Below are positions 1-10,032 of a stretch of 64,000 bases of DNA, piece by piece (within the stretch, counting starts at the first letter, position 1; each line of letters starts with the position of its first letter). A program made the translations under genes and the position numbers. The notes beneath the pieces are model-generated. The model worked only from the letters and a program-made list of their open reading frames with translations. It had not been told where the DNA came from and ran no database searches. This DNA is from an uncultured Gammaproteobacteria bacterium (lineage in GTDB: Bacteria; Patescibacteriota; Microgenomatia; Levybacterales; UBA12049): the NCBI GenBank assembly GCA_964490105.1, contig CAZAZU010000001.1:646245-710244 (forward strand), given 5' to 3'.

Positions 1-633
1 AAACCTAAGAAAATTAGTAAAATAGCGGCAATTCTTAAGAAACTGTTTTTAAATTTATCTCCAAGTTTTGCAGTCAGAAATCCGATTCCGAAAAACATTG
101 GAAAAGTTCCCAGTACAAATGTTCCCAAAATCAAAGCTCCTTTTATAGGACTTGCGCTACTTATGGCTAGTGCTTCCATAGCTAGAGTTGTACCGCATGG
201 AATAAATATAGTCATTACGCCTAACACAGCGGGTGCAAAAATATCAGAGCTTCTGGATTTATTTCTAATTCTTCTAGTTAAGAAGCGGGGCGGTTGAATA
301 ACAGCGTATCTAAAAATTGGATGAACATCGAATAAATTTAAGGCAATTATTACCATATAAATTCCTGCAAAAATTTGAATTACTGATTGAACCTGAGAAG
401 TAAGACTTATGGCAGAACCAAATAACCCTAGCAAAAAACCTAAAACTAGATATGCACTCAATTTAGAGACTAAAAATGCAAGTGTTGGGAAAACTGGATT
501 TATTTTTCCTTTTTCCGAAATCCCTTCTTTTTCTCTTGAGGCAATTACTGAAGCCAAAAGCCCACCCTGAACCGCCAGACAAGTTAGTCCTCCGATAGTT
601 AACCCTGTTAAAAATATAATTCCAAGTTCCATA
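1..633 (-). CDS. Partial integral membrane protein with two Cys in TM segments (DsbD_2/CcdA-like or metal permease-like); N-terminus at 633, C-terminus runs off the window edge
   Basis: Manual translation of reverse strand from ATG at 633..631 gives MELGIIFLTGLTIGGLTCLAVQGG...IFIPCGTTLAMEAL..., a multi-TM hydrophobic profile. Sits directly upstream of copA, separated by 1 nt. Family assignment not verified. Confidence 0.45.
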
Positions 634-634
634 A

Positions 635-2848
635 TTATTTAGCTATTTTTTTTAATAATAACGAATTTCCCACTACTGAAATTGAACTCGCAGCCATGGC
701 AAAAGAGGCAAAAATCGGATTCATGAGTATTCTTAATACAGGATAAAGTGCCCCCATCGCGACCGGAATTAGGATTATATTATAACCAAATGCCCAAATA
801 AAATTAAGTTTTATGGTTCTCATGGTTTTTCTTGATAAATTAATGGCCTCAACTACTGTATTCAGATCTTTGTTTATTAAAGTAATTCCTGCGGTTTCCA
901 TGGCGACATCAGTTCCTGTTCCCATCGCAATTCCTACATCTGCTGATGCGAGAGCCGGAGCGTCATTTATTCCGTCTCCTACCATCGCGACCACTTTCCC
1001 CATTTCTTGAAGTTTTCTAACTTCACTTTCTTTATCCTCAGGCATAACTTCCGAGATTATATTCTCAATTCCAGCTTTTCGCCCAATCGCTTCAGCGGTC
1101 GACTTATTATCACCAGTTATCATAAAAACCTCTACTCCCATTTTTCCCAGAGCTGCCACCGCGCCTTTCGCTGAATCCTTCAAGTTATCTTGAATTGTAA
1201 TAATTCCCAAAGCCTCATTCCCTTCCGCCAAAACTACAGCAGTCTTGCCTTCTTCCTCAAAACTTTTAATCTGCTCAAGATAATTCTTAGTCTCAACATT
1301 TTCAGAATTCATGAGCCTTAAATTACCTAAGAGTACTTTCTTTCCATTTATTAAACCTGAAATTCCTTTTCCGCTTAATGCTTTAAATCCCTCAACATTA
1401 TCAAGTGAAATCTTTTTCTCATTTACTTTATTTAAAATTGCCTCAGCTAAAGAGTGTTCCGACCCTTTCTCAAGCGACCCCGCAAGCTTCAAGAGGTTAT
1501 CTGAAGATCCCTTTAGCGGAACCACGTCTATAACTTCAGGTTTACCATGGGTTAAAGTCCCTGTTTTATCGAAAATAATCGTATTTACTTTATGCATTTT
1601 CTCAAGCATTGAGGCATCTTTTATAAGTATCCCTTTCCCAGCCCCTATTCCAGTCGAAACCATAATTGCCGTAGGAGTTGCAAGTCCCATCGCGCATGGG
1701 CAAGCTATGATTAAAACTGCAATCGTGTTAAGTAACGCATAAAGAAAAGTTGGCTCCGGCCCGAATAGATACCAAACCATAAATGTCGCAATAGAAAGAA
1801 GAATTACCACAGGTACAAAATATGCAGAAATCTGATCTGCCATCCTTTGAATTGGAGCTTTTGTACTTTGAGCTTCTTCAACTAACTTTATTATCCTTGA
1901 CAGAAATGTATCACGGCCTACTTTGGTCGCTTTATAGAGAAATGTTCCTGATTTATTAATTGTCGCGCCAATTACCATGTCTCCTTTAATCTTGTCTATT
2001 GGAATGCTTTCTCCTGTTACCATAGACTCATCTACACTTGATTCTCCCTCAATAATTTCTCCATCCACTGGAATTTTTTCGCCTGGCCTCACCCTTATAA
2101 CAGAATTAACAACTACTTCTTCAATTGGCACATCTTTTTCGATTCCATCTATTACAATTCTTGCAGTCTTTGCAGATAGACTCATTAGTTTTTTAATTGC
2201 GTCACTTGTTTGGAGTTTAGCTTTTGTCTCTATAAATCTGCCTAAAAGAATTAACGTGATAATAACCGAAGAAACATCAAAATATGGCATCGGCTCTATC
2301 CCCACCGACATTGGAATTTCAGGGAAAAAAGTTACAAAGGATGAGTATATAAATGCTACAGTCGTACCCAGAGCTACAAGAGTATCCATATTTGCAATTC
2401 GATTTCTTAAGGCAGGAATTGATGCTTTGTAAAAAGTTAAACCTATAAAGAATTGAACGGGAATAGAAAGAACTAGCTGTAAATAAAAGTTTCTGATGAT
2501 AGCTGGCGCTGTCTCCATAAGACCTGGAAAACTTCCCCACAGTATTACTGCAGAAATTATAGCCCCTGCTAAAACTTTCATTTTTAAGATTTTCAGATCT
2601 TTTAACTTAGAGGCGGTTTTTTCTTCAGGAGATAAATTAAATTGTGCTTCATATCCAACTTTTTTTAATGCTTCTTTTATTTTTTTATCAGGAACTTCTT
2701 TATCGCAAACAACACATCCTGATTCCGTAGCTAAATTTACAGTCGCTTCCTTAACTCCGTCAATTTTTCTGAGACTTTTTTCGATTACATTTACGCAGGA
2801 AGCGCAATGCATTCCTTTTATGTTAAAATCCGTTCTTTTTTCTTCCAT
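635..2848 (-). CDS. copA: Copper-translocating P1B-type ATPase
   Basis: 737 aa. N-terminal HMA motif GMHCASC, TM CPC motif [10 protein letters not shown], phosphorylation motif DKTGTLT, hinge [10 protein letters not shown]. Confidence 0.95.
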   Translation of the reverse strand: MEEKRTDFNIKGMHCASCVNVIEKSLRKIDGVKEATVNLATESGCVVCDKEVPDKKIKEALKKVGYEAQFNLSPEEKTASKLKDLKILKMKVLAGAIISAVILWGSFPGLMETAPAIIRNFYLQLVLSIPVQFFIGLTFYKASIPALRNRIANMDTLVALGTTVAFIYSSFVTFFPEIPMSVGIEPMPYFDVSSVIITLILLGRFIETKAKLQTSDAIKKLMSLSAKTARIVIDGIEKDVPIEEVVVNSVIRVRPGEKIPVDGEIIEGESSVDESMVTGESIPIDKIKGDMVIGATINKSGTFLYKATKVGRDTFLSRIIKLVEEAQSTKAPIQRMADQISAYFVPVVILLSIATFMVWYLFGPEPTFLYALLNTIAVLIIACPCAMGLATPTAIMVSTGIGAGKGILIKDASMLEKMHKVNTIIFDKTGTLTHGKPEVIDVVPLKGSSDNLLKLAGSLEKGSEHSLAEAILNKVNEKKISLDNVEGFKALSGKGISGLINGKKVLLGNLRLMNSENVETKNYLEQIKSFEEEGKTAVVLAEGNEALGIITIQDNLKDSAKGAVAALGKMGVEVFMITGDNKSTAEAIGRKAGIENIISEVMPEDKESEVRKLQEMGKVVAMVGDGINDAPALASADVGIAMGTGTDVAMETAGITLINKDLNTVVEAINLSRKTMRTIKLNFIWAFGYNIILIPVAMGALYPVLRILMNPIFASFAMAASSISVVGNSLLLKKIAK

Positions 2849-3207
2849 TAACTTACAATTAATTTTCCGTGATACATATTCATACCACAGGAAAATTCGT
2901 ACTCTCCTTTTTCTTTTGGAAATATATCTATGCTTATTTTTTTATTTAGAGGTAAAAATTTTTTAATTTTAAAATCTGATAAAACTACCTCCTCAAGACA
3001 ATCTGAAGGGTCTTTTCTTAAAAAATTAATTTTAGTAGATTTATTATTCTTAACTTCAATTACTGTGGGTTTATATCCGCCGGAGACGATTACATCAATC
3101 TCGTCCGTAGCTTTTACCACTTCCTCTTTTTTCATAAAGAAGAACCAGTAGGTAAAAATCATTCCCAGTGCTCCGGAAATTAAAACAATTATTTGGTCTA
3201 TCTGCAT
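2848..3207 (-). CDS. Cupredoxin-like small copper-binding protein (N-terminal TM anchor)
   Basis: 119 aa. N-terminal hydrophobic helix. C-terminal Cys/His cluster [10 protein letters not shown] typical of cupredoxin-like proteins found beside copA/copZ. Stop overlaps copA start. Confidence 0.55.
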   Translation of the reverse strand: MQIDQIIVLISGALGMIFTYWFFFMKKEEVVKATDEIDVIVSGGYKPTVIEVKNNKSTKINFLRKDPSDCLEEVVLSDFKIKKFLPLNKKISIDIFPKEKGEYEFSCGMNMYHGKLIVS

Positions 3208-3213
3208 TTATCA

Positions 3214-3822
3214 TTACTCCCACTCAGTTAACCATTTTCGCATCAAATCAATTTCAGCTGTTTGAGCTAAGATTATGTCATCAGCGAGTTTTTTCATCTC
3301 AGGTCTATCAGTTCCATTCTTAAGCATACTTGCCATCATAACAGCCATCTGGTGATGTGGGATCATGTCTTCTATAAATGCCCTGTCAAAATCTTCTGAA
3401 TTTTCTAGACTATCTAAATCCATGTCGCTACCCCTCATGCCCATATGCATTTTTCCGCCTGACATCATTCCGTGCTGACTCATAACCTCGTCTCCAGTTG
3501 GAAGTTCACGCCCATACCAGTCTTTATACCAGGACTTCATCTGGGTGATTTCATTTGACTGTGAAGAAATAATATTAGTAGCTAGCTCTTTTACCTCAGG
3601 ACGCGTAGCTTTTTCTAAAGCGAGCTCACTCATTGTTATCGCATCTTCATGATGAGGAATCATCTGTTCTATAAAATGTGCATCAATTACATCCGGATTA
3701 TTTGACACTGAGTTTCTGCCCATCATTACTCCCGGATTAATTGAAGTCTTATCTGAAAAATAACCAAAAACTGCAAGCCCGCCTATTACCGCACCTATAA
3801 TTAAAAATATTAATTTATTCAT
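3214..3822 (-). CDS. DUF305 family protein (copper-resistance associated, ferritin-like)
   Basis: 202 aa. Signal/TM N-terminus. Duplicated DUF305 signature IEQMIPHHEDAITMSEL and IEDMIPHHQMAVMMA. Confidence 0.8.
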   Translation of the reverse strand: MNKLIFLIIGAVIGGLAVFGYFSDKTSINPGVMMGRNSVSNNPDVIDAHFIEQMIPHHEDAITMSELALEKATRPEVKELATNIISSQSNEITQMKSWYKDWYGRELPTGDEVMSQHGMMSGGKMHMGMRGSDMDLDSLENSEDFDRAFIEDMIPHHQMAVMMASMLKNGTDRPEMKKLADDIILAQTAEIDLMRKWLTEWE

Positions 3823-4091
3823 TTATTTACCCTCTTAAATAGCGTTATTAACTCTTGCGAAGCTTTTGGATCTTCTGACATAAACTGGTGTTTTACATGA
3901 GTATTAACGTGTCTTTCAAATAAAACTGAATCGAGACTTTTTAAAGAATTTTGGATAGCAAGGCTTTGATTTAAAAGATCTATGCAGTATTCATCGGATT
4001 CAATCATGCGCTCGAGTCCTTCAAGCTGACCTTTTATAATATTTAATCTTTTCTGGGCTTCTTCTTTTTTATCCGTATAGTTTTGTTTCAT
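3819..4091 (-). CDS. csoR: CsoR/RcnR-family metal-sensing transcriptional repressor (DUF156)
   Basis: The ORF track extends to 4199, but the conserved family starts at internal Met (MKQNYTDKKEEAQKRLNIIKGQLEGLERMIESDEYCIDLL...ERHVNTHVKHQ), ATG at 4091..4089. Cys-His-His pattern in the expected helices. 4-nt overlap with the downstream DUF305 gene. Confidence 0.75.
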   Translation of the reverse strand: MKQNYTDKKEEAQKRLNIIKGQLEGLERMIESDEYCIDLLNQSLAIQNSLKSLDSVLFERHVNTHVKHQFMSEDPKASQELITLFKRVNK

Positions 4092-4100
4092 AAAAATATG

Positions 4101-4121
4101 ATATACCCCCCTAGGGTATAT
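4101..4121. promoter_or_regulatory. Candidate CsoR-type operator: perfect inverted repeat ATATACCC-N5-GGGTATAT inside a putative TTGACA-N17-TATCAT promoter on the minus strand
   Basis: atatacccccctagggtatat has 8-bp perfect arms and a C/G-rich core like known CsoR boxes. It lies 10 nt upstream of the csoR ATG, exactly in the -35/-10 spacer on the minus strand. Confidence 0.5.
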
Positions 4122-4169
4122 GTCAATATCCAAATTGACCGCGTTCTTTAAAACACTTATATTAAATAT

Positions 4170-4385
4170 ATGGCAAAGAAAAAAGTTAAAAAAATCCAAT
4201 ATCCAAGTAAAAATAAAATGGTGTTCTCTATTCTTGCAACGGTAGGAGTTGTAGCTGTCTGGCGTGGAATTTGGGTAGTTTTCGATGCGCTTCCCTATTT
4301 TGAGAGACCTATTGTTGCAGGAGGAATTGCAATCTTAATTCTTATAATCGCAGGGATTTACTTTAAAAAAATCAACTTCTGGTAA
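4170..4385 (+). CDS. Small two-TM membrane protein, unknown function
   Basis: 71 aa, MAKKKVKK... followed by two hydrophobic helices. Divergent from csoR. Confidence 0.4.
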   Translation: MAKKKVKKIQYPSKNKMVFSILATVGVVAVWRGIWVVFDALPYFERPIVAGGIAILILIIAGIYFKKINFW

Positions 4386-4388
4386 AAC

Positions 4389-5018
4389 TTACTTTATAAC
4401 AACCATTGGATGCTCAAATGCTCTATTTAATGCTTCAGCTTGCAAATCTGGATTTCCTTCCCATCGATCTCTTCTTAAAGTTTGAACTCCTAAACCCACT
4501 ACATTAATTGTTCCTGCTTGATCTGCAATAATGAATAAGCCGTGTAGTGCAGTTGATTTAAAAGTCTTCGAAAGATGCTTTGAAAATCTTCCAAAACGGT
4601 CAGAGAATCTTCCAGCTGGTAGATCTAACTCTACTTTTCTTGATGATTTTATATCCCAGTTAACACCTAGATAACTAACATCTGGCAATAATTCAATCGG
4701 AGGTGTCGCAACCACCTTTGGCTGACCTTCTACTATTCTTGCAGGCCAACTATCATGTAAATATACGAGCTTACCTACTCCTATTTTATTGTAAAGATCA
4801 GCCATCTCAACTAAAAGATTAGGGAATGCACTCGCGATTAAATGTCCGGAGGCTAAATCATGAGGACTCACCTCATGCTCATCATGCCCACCATCATGAC
4901 CACCATGGCCAACTCCATGTACCGCAGGAGTAATAGGTGCTTCTGCCGCCTTTCTCCTAGCAGCCTCTGCAACTGCAAATTCTAATCCTGGAAAATTCGG
5001 TCTTCGATCTGGACTCAT
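4389..5018 (-). CDS. Hypothetical protein with His-rich N-terminal segment (HGVGHGGHDGGHDEHE)
   Basis: 209 aa ORF. Higher GC than surroundings. No recognised catalytic motif. Confidence 0.45.
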   Translation of the reverse strand: MSPDRRPNFPGLEFAVAEAARRKAAEAPITPAVHGVGHGGHDGGHDEHEVSPHDLASGHLIASAFPNLLVEMADLYNKIGVGKLVYLHDSWPARIVEGQPKVVATPPIELLPDVSYLGVNWDIKSSRKVELDLPAGRFSDRFGRFSKHLSKTFKSTALHGLFIIADQAGTINVVGLGVQTLRRDRWEGNPDLQAEALNRAFEHPMVVIK

Positions 5019-5068
5019 AGGCTCATATTATACTATAAGTCTATATTTAAAGCAATTAATGTCTGGAA

Positions 5069-5524
5069 GTGGTACAATGCTACTTCATGGGATATCCAAA
5101 CAGAGATAACAGAGGAGGGGGACGAGGCGGAGGACGCGATTTTGGCGGAAGAAGTTTTGGCGGAGAAAAGCGTTTTAGACCTGCGGAACTTCATAAAGCC
5201 ACATGCAGTAACTGCGGAAATGAATGTGAAGTTCCTTTTAAACCAAGTGGAGAAAAACCAGTTTATTGCAGAGATTGTTTTGGAAAAATGAAACGGTCAA
5301 ATGAAGAAAAGAGCTTTGATAGAAGAGAAGAGAGATCCTCTCAGTCTCAAAATAATCCAAAACTGGATGAAATCAACTCAAAGTTAGACCAAATCATAGA
5401 ATTACTAAATAATAGGTCAGAGGTATTAACCCCTGAAGCACCAATAATAGTAAAAAAGAAAAGATTATCCAAGAAAGCAATCGAGCTAGCAGATACACCC
5501 CTAGAAGGACCCACCACAGAATAA
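5069..5524 (+). CDS. Zinc-ribbon protein with RGG/GGR-rich N-terminus (possible nucleic-acid binding)
   Basis: 151 aa. GGGRGGGRDFGGRSFGG, then CSNCGNEC...PVYCRDCF (CxxC-x17-CxxC), then a K/E-rich tail. Confidence 0.5.
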   Translation: MVQCYFMGYPNRDNRGGGRGGGRDFGGRSFGGEKRFRPAELHKATCSNCGNECEVPFKPSGEKPVYCRDCFGKMKRSNEEKSFDRREERSSQSQNNPKLDEINSKLDQIIELLNNRSEVLTPEAPIIVKKKRLSKKAIELADTPLEGPTTE

Positions 5525-5553
5525 TTTGTCGGATTTTGCTATAATCCTCGACT

Positions 5554-6243
5554 ATGTCTATAGAAACCTTTAAAGACCAGTATCCGTCAGGAGATAGATT
5601 CGCGGAAGCTGTAACTAAAAGAGCAGAATTTAAAAGAGGATATTCCAGAATGAGAGCTTTAGCTGATACGATGTATCACGAAGGAAGGGCAGGGCTTAAA
5701 GATGTCCACAGAGAATTAAGAAATAGCAAGCGTCTTGTCCCTGCATCTCCCCTTTCCTCAGATATTCCTCCATCTCTTAAAGATGCAATTAGCATGAATG
5801 CAGGTGCAGTTCTTTGGGGATCCATATTCAGAACTACCGAAATCATAGCCGTAGAAAGATTTTATGATCCGTCTTTTTTTGCTCATCTGGTAAGAGACGG
5901 TTTCAGAGGAATGGGGTGGGCTGACTCGATAAATCTTGGAAAACCTGAAGAAAAAGAGCCAACTCATTTTACTCATGCAAAAGTTGCAGCGCTTACACAT
6001 GAAGTTACTATTGATCCAAAAATGACATTTATATTCACAAAACAAGGGTTTAATCTACTTCCTACGACTTTTCAAGGCGATATCCTAGGAACTGCACTTT
6101 TTAATGGAATGGTTTCACATTTTGGACCTGTTTATCATTCTAGATCTGATGCACTCCTTAGAGCACCTGTTACACCTGCAGAACAAAAAGCCAGACAGCT
6201 ACAGTTAGTACTTCCTCAGCATAGGCCTTTAACTTTTAGATAA
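5554..6243 (+). CDS. Hypothetical protein
   Basis: 229 aa ORF in GC-rich block. No motif recognised. Confidence 0.4.
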   Translation: MSIETFKDQYPSGDRFAEAVTKRAEFKRGYSRMRALADTMYHEGRAGLKDVHRELRNSKRLVPASPLSSDIPPSLKDAISMNAGAVLWGSIFRTTEIIAVERFYDPSFFAHLVRDGFRGMGWADSINLGKPEEKEPTHFTHAKVAALTHEVTIDPKMTFIFTKQGFNLLPTTFQGDILGTALFNGMVSHFGPVYHSRSDALLRAPVTPAEQKARQLQLVLPQHRPLTFR

Positions 6244-6630
6244 TTATCTTACCGGGGATTTTCCTGGATTATAAATCAAACATTCGTAGATAGAAGGAAT
6301 TCCAGCCTCATTTACGCCAGTTATAATCACAGAAGGATAACCTTTTGCGATCGGAAAATGTCTTTCGCCAACCATCGGATTATTTCCATCTAAATCTTGT
6401 GTCATGGCGCTTGGATTTAATGGAACAACATGACAATCTCCTGTACCCTCTGGATCAACAGTCAGATTATATCTATGATTATTTCCCGGAGGAGTAAGAT
6501 CATATTCACCTGCAGGTAAAGAAGTGAGCGTGCCTCTTCTTTCACTCATAGCACTAACCACAGTATCTTTTGGTTCCTCTCCTTCTATAATTGGTAAACC
6601 ACCCGAAAAACTAACTCTTTCAACTACCAT
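6244..6630 (-). CDS. Hypothetical protein
   Basis: 128 aa ORF. No motif recognised. Confidence 0.35.
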   Translation of the reverse strand: MVVERVSFSGGLPIIEGEEPKDTVVSAMSERRGTLTSLPAGEYDLTPPGNNHRYNLTVDPEGTGDCHVVPLNPSAMTQDLDGNNPMVGERHFPIAKGYPSVIITGVNEAGIPSIYECLIYNPGKSPVR

Positions 6631-6732
6631 AGCGGGAAATTATATACTAGAGGTCTATATAAATCAAGCTTATATTGACTTGGTTTTGGCACAAACATTT
6701 ATGAGATTACACACGAGGAGTATAATTAGTGT

Positions 6733-7370
6733 GTGGATATTTCCCTTATCGCCAAAACTTTTATAACATTTTTTACAGTAATTGATCCCTTAGGCTTAGT
6801 TCCTGTAGTTCTAGTAATTTTAGCTAATAATAATCCCGAGGAAAGGAAAAAATAATTACCAGAGCGGTAATAATTGGTGCATTAGTAATTTTTACATTCG
6901 CTCTTTTAGGAAAAATACTTATAGAAAGTCTTGGGATCGGACTTTATGCATTTAACATCGCAGGAGGTGTTCTACTTTTTCTCATAGCTCTAGACATGCT
7001 TTTTGGAAGAACTCCTGGAACTCGCGAGACCCCAGTAGAAGAAAAAGAGGCAATAACTAGTAGTGATGTAAGCGTTTTTCCTTTAGCTATACCTATGATT
7101 GCAGGTCCTGGAACTATAGCCACCACTATTCTTTTTACAGACAACGCATCCGGAAGTAACTTGAGCATCCTTATACTTGCTGTAGTCCTAATTTTAATTC
7201 TATTTATTTCCTGGGTAGTTATGATAAAAAGTTCTTTAATTATGAAGCTTATTGGAAGAACTGGAATACTGGTTTTTTCTAGAATTCTGGGAATAATTCT
7301 AGCCGCATTAGCAGTCCAATATATTCTTAACGGTATTCAGACATTCCTGAAATTAAATGGATTTATTTAG
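6733..7370 (+). pseudogene. marC: MarC-family (UPF0056) integral membrane protein gene interrupted by a -1 frameshift in an A6 homopolymer (6847..6852); possible GTG start
   Basis: Frame 1 from GTG 6733 gives VDISLIAKTFITFFTVIDPLGLVPVVLVILANNNPEERKK then stop. The next frame continues IITRAVIIGALVIFTFALLGKILIESLGIGLYAFNIAGGVLLFLIALDMLFGRTPG..., the conserved MarC core, running into ORF 6996..7370. Restoring one A makes a single ~212-aa MarC protein. Confidence 0.55.
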
Positions 7371-7788
7371 ATAGATTTAATTGACTGAGTGGCTTTGCAA
7401 TTCCAGCTGTATCTTTTAAATATCCGTCAACTGCCTCCTGAAAAGCTTCCCCACGAGCTGTAGCTCCAAACCTGACTATAAATCGTCCTTGCGCTAATAC
7501 TGATCTTCTTATATCAATTCCCGGTCTCTGAAGTCCTTCAACTCTTGCCTCATGATAACCAGACCCCTGAACGATATCTCTTACTAATGGCTCGAGCTCC
7601 AAACCACGAGTTAAATCCTCTGGACTTCTACGAAACACCTGACAATAGATAGCTGTGATGTCATCTAAATGTTCCTGTGTTAAAACACCTGGGTCTACCC
7701 AAAATGTTTCTCTAGGTTTTAGTCCTTCAACTTTAACGCTAGGAGTTTGTGGATATAAAATTGGCCCATATTTCCCTCTTCTTTCCAT
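7363..7788 (-). CDS. Hypothetical protein
   Basis: 141 aa ORF, GC-rich. No motif recognised. Confidence 0.4.
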   Translation of the reverse strand: MERRGKYGPILYPQTPSVKVEGLKPRETFWVDPGVLTQEHLDDITAIYCQVFRRSPEDLTRGLELEPLVRDIVQGSGYHEARVEGLQRPGIDIRRSVLAQGRFIVRFGATARGEAFQEAVDGYLKDTAGIAKPLSQLNLSK

Positions 7789-7826
7789 GACTGAGGATTA
7801 TACTTCCGAGGCCAAATTAAATCAAT

Positions 7827-8474
7827 CTAAAAAGGAATATCGTTAGAAGCTTGTTGATCATCAATTCCTTCAAAAATCATTCTTTTATATACTTGTCGTG
7901 TTAACTCCACATCTTTCATGCAATACTTATTAATCTCCTCTATTCTTCCCTGCTGATAATAATCCCAGACCATAGATCCATCCATTTCATCTTTTGAAGT
8001 TGGTAATCCTAAAACCTTAGCAAGAGTATCTAACTTTTGAACTTTGTCAAAGTTCCATAAAGACCATTGAAGCATAGTGTCATAAATAGGTATATCTCTA
8101 TACCTAGCAAAACTTATATCAGTTCTTGGCTTAACTTTATTTATTATGGAGCGCTGATAGATGAATGGGAGATCAAATGACCAGATATTATGTCCCACAA
8201 ATCTCATAACATCCTGGGACGCTTTCCAGAAATTAATTAAGATTTCTTTTTCGTCTCCTGAAAAAGTCTCCCTAAAAATTTCCTTACCGTTCATTTCTTT
8301 TATAACGGCAATTGAACAAATTCTCCCAAAAGTCCCGTCAAAAGAAGTATTTGCGTGAATTTCTGTTTCAGCCTTATTACTATTCCCGTTTTTCTTTTTA
8401 AGAATCTCGAGATATGTATTTTTATATTCTTCAGCGCAGGGAATTGTCTCTATATCAAAAAATAATGTAATCAT
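7827..8474 (-). CDS. DnaQ-like 3'-5' exonuclease (PolB-exonuclease-related, RNase H-like fold)
   Basis: 215 aa. Exo I FFDIET, Exo II GHNIWSFDLPF, Exo III YCMKDVELT (YxxxD). Confidence 0.7.
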   Translation of the reverse strand: MITLFFDIETIPCAEEYKNTYLEILKKKNGNSNKAETEIHANTSFDGTFGRICSIAVIKEMNGKEIFRETFSGDEKEILINFWKASQDVMRFVGHNIWSFDLPFIYQRSIINKVKPRTDISFARYRDIPIYDTMLQWSLWNFDKVQKLDTLAKVLGLPTSKDEMDGSMVWDYYQQGRIEEINKYCMKDVELTRQVYKRMIFEGIDDQQASNDIPF

Positions 8475-8514
8475 AGCCGTGAATTATACTCTTGAAATAA
8501 TTATATAGCAATTC

Positions 8515-9054
8515 TTATTTCTTAAATTTCAAAACTAGCTCTATGTAAGTTTCTCTGGGAATTAAGATTCTAAATTTATTTAATTCTTCGCTACGTCTCA
8601 CATAAAAATCTTTAAATTTATCTCGTAAAGCATCTTCCATTATCTGGTAAGAAGTCTCGAGATCTATTTTTTTACCATTAAAATAACCGCTGAATTCATA
8701 CATTTCAGCGGAGACCCAGTCCCCATCTGTAATATTTATTGAATAACCGGATTTTTTTACTATTTTTTCAATTTCTTCTATGAATCTTTTTAAGCCTCTG
8801 TTTGAATAGTGAACAAGCGTATTTTTATAAAATAATGAGAATGGAAAATATCTAGTTAAATAAGAAACTATAACGAAATATAAATGATGAAAATTATAAT
8901 AGGAAAGACCCGTGTAAAATTTTAATAGCCATAAATAAGTTTCTATAGAATTTTCATTCAGATTCTTTGGAGGTTTCGAATTAAAAAGTTTATAGAAAAA
9001 GTAACTAATCCTGAATTCTTTTACAAAATCTTTTTCCGTATATCTCTTTTTCAC
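8515..9054 (-). CDS. Hypothetical protein (AT-rich island)
   Basis: 179 aa ORF, Tyr/Phe/Lys-rich. No motif recognised. Confidence 0.4.
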   Translation of the reverse strand: MKKRYTEKDFVKEFRISYFFYKLFNSKPPKNLNENSIETYLWLLKFYTGLSYYNFHHLYFVIVSYLTRYFPFSLFYKNTLVHYSNRGLKRFIEEIEKIVKKSGYSINITDGDWVSAEMYEFSGYFNGKKIDLETSYQIMEDALRDKFKDFYVRRSEELNKFRILIPRETYIELVLKFKK

Positions 9055-9117
9055 TATTTCCCAAAATTATATTCCCGCTCCCCAAATAAAGCAATTTAAT
9101 AGATGTATAATTAAGTT

Positions 9118-9510
9118 ATGAACCAAACAAAAGAATTGGAGGAATTAAAGTCCATTAAAAGAAAAGCAAGATTTCATTATAATTTTATCCGCTCTGTCTA
9201 TGTAGATAATTATAAAAATGAAACCTTCCCGCTACGAAAAATATATTACGAGGCAATAAATTCACTGGATTCCATGGAAAACCTCTATCAATCCCTAAAA
9301 ACAGGAATGAGAAAAAGGTCTTTATCTGAACAAATCCAATTTGTAGAAAAGTGGGAGGAATTTATTTTCTGCATAGAATCGATTACAGCTCAAAAAACAA
9401 ATGATAAATATTTAACAAGATATATTAATATGGACATGGAACTTGCAAACAAAGAAGCTATTTCACTCTGGATGGACTATAAAAAACAATTTCACCAAAA
9501 ACCTTACTAA
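9118..9510 (+). CDS. Hypothetical protein (AT-rich island)
   Basis: 130 aa ORF. No motif recognised. Confidence 0.35.
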   Translation: MNQTKELEELKSIKRKARFHYNFIRSVYVDNYKNETFPLRKIYYEAINSLDSMENLYQSLKTGMRKRSLSEQIQFVEKWEEFIFCIESITAQKTNDKYLTRYINMDMELANKEAISLWMDYKKQFHQKPY

Positions 9511-9543
9511 ATTATTTGAATACTATCTGCCCAAATAAAACAA

Positions 9544-9984
9544 TTATTTATTGAATAATACAAAGTGTGGTAGTTGATCAAGCCCAATATAATTAAACAT
9601 CCACAAATCTTTTCTTCCACTTTTAAAAGTAGCAAGGTATTTCTTGAGATTTAACTTAGGAATAAAGGGATAAAATCTAATCTCTTGCTTCATTTCGTTC
9701 TTCTCAATCCACTTAAAATTAGCAATTAGCGGAGGTGCAAAATAACCAGACTTGGTAACTTTATCCATTACCTCCCATGTAGCACCAAAAATCTCCTTTT
9801 TTGGTTTAGTAGAATTTGTTTTAACTTGTGCACGAAAATTACACCCCACACACTGAACATCACAAAGAGGAAAACTTGGAGGAAGAAGCATTAATTTCTT
9901 TTTGCAATTAGGACAACTAATCAAATCCACGATTTCCTGTTCACCAAAATCCCCTGCTTCCTTATTTGATATTTTTAAATCCAT
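9544..9984 (-). CDS. Zinc-ribbon protein (CPNC ... CDVQCVGC), island accessory gene
   Basis: 146 aa. Two Cys clusters near the N-terminus. Immediately downstream of the methyltransferase-like accessory gene. Confidence 0.45.
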   Translation of the reverse strand: MDLKISNKEAGDFGEQEIVDLISCPNCKKKLMLLPPSFPLCDVQCVGCNFRAQVKTNSTKPKKEIFGATWEVMDKVTKSGYFAPPLIANFKWIEKNEMKQEIRFYPFIPKLNLKKYLATFKSGRKDLWMFNYIGLDQLPHFVLFNK

Positions 9985-10032
9985 GATCGTGAATTATACA
10001 CTTGAAGAATTAATAAAACAATCTAGTTCAAT

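Noticed and set aside
813-2966. Five + strand ORFs (813..1010, 1311..1742, 1977..2432, 2496..2966) and a short minus-strand ORF (2319..2540) overlapping copA
   Set aside because: They lie antisense or out of frame within a strongly supported 737-aa P-type ATPase gene. Compositions are low-complexity. Treated as shadow ORFs.
3819-4199. Full 126-aa ORF as the csoR product
   Set aside because: The first 36 codons (MDFFNFFLCHIFNISVL...) are not part of the CsoR/RcnR fold, and the promoter/operator sits inside this extension. The internal Met at 4091 is used instead.
6996-7370. 124-aa ORF as an independent gene
   Set aside because: It is the C-terminal two-thirds of a MarC-family protein whose N-terminus is in the adjacent frame upstream. 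It is called as part of a frameshifted gene instead.
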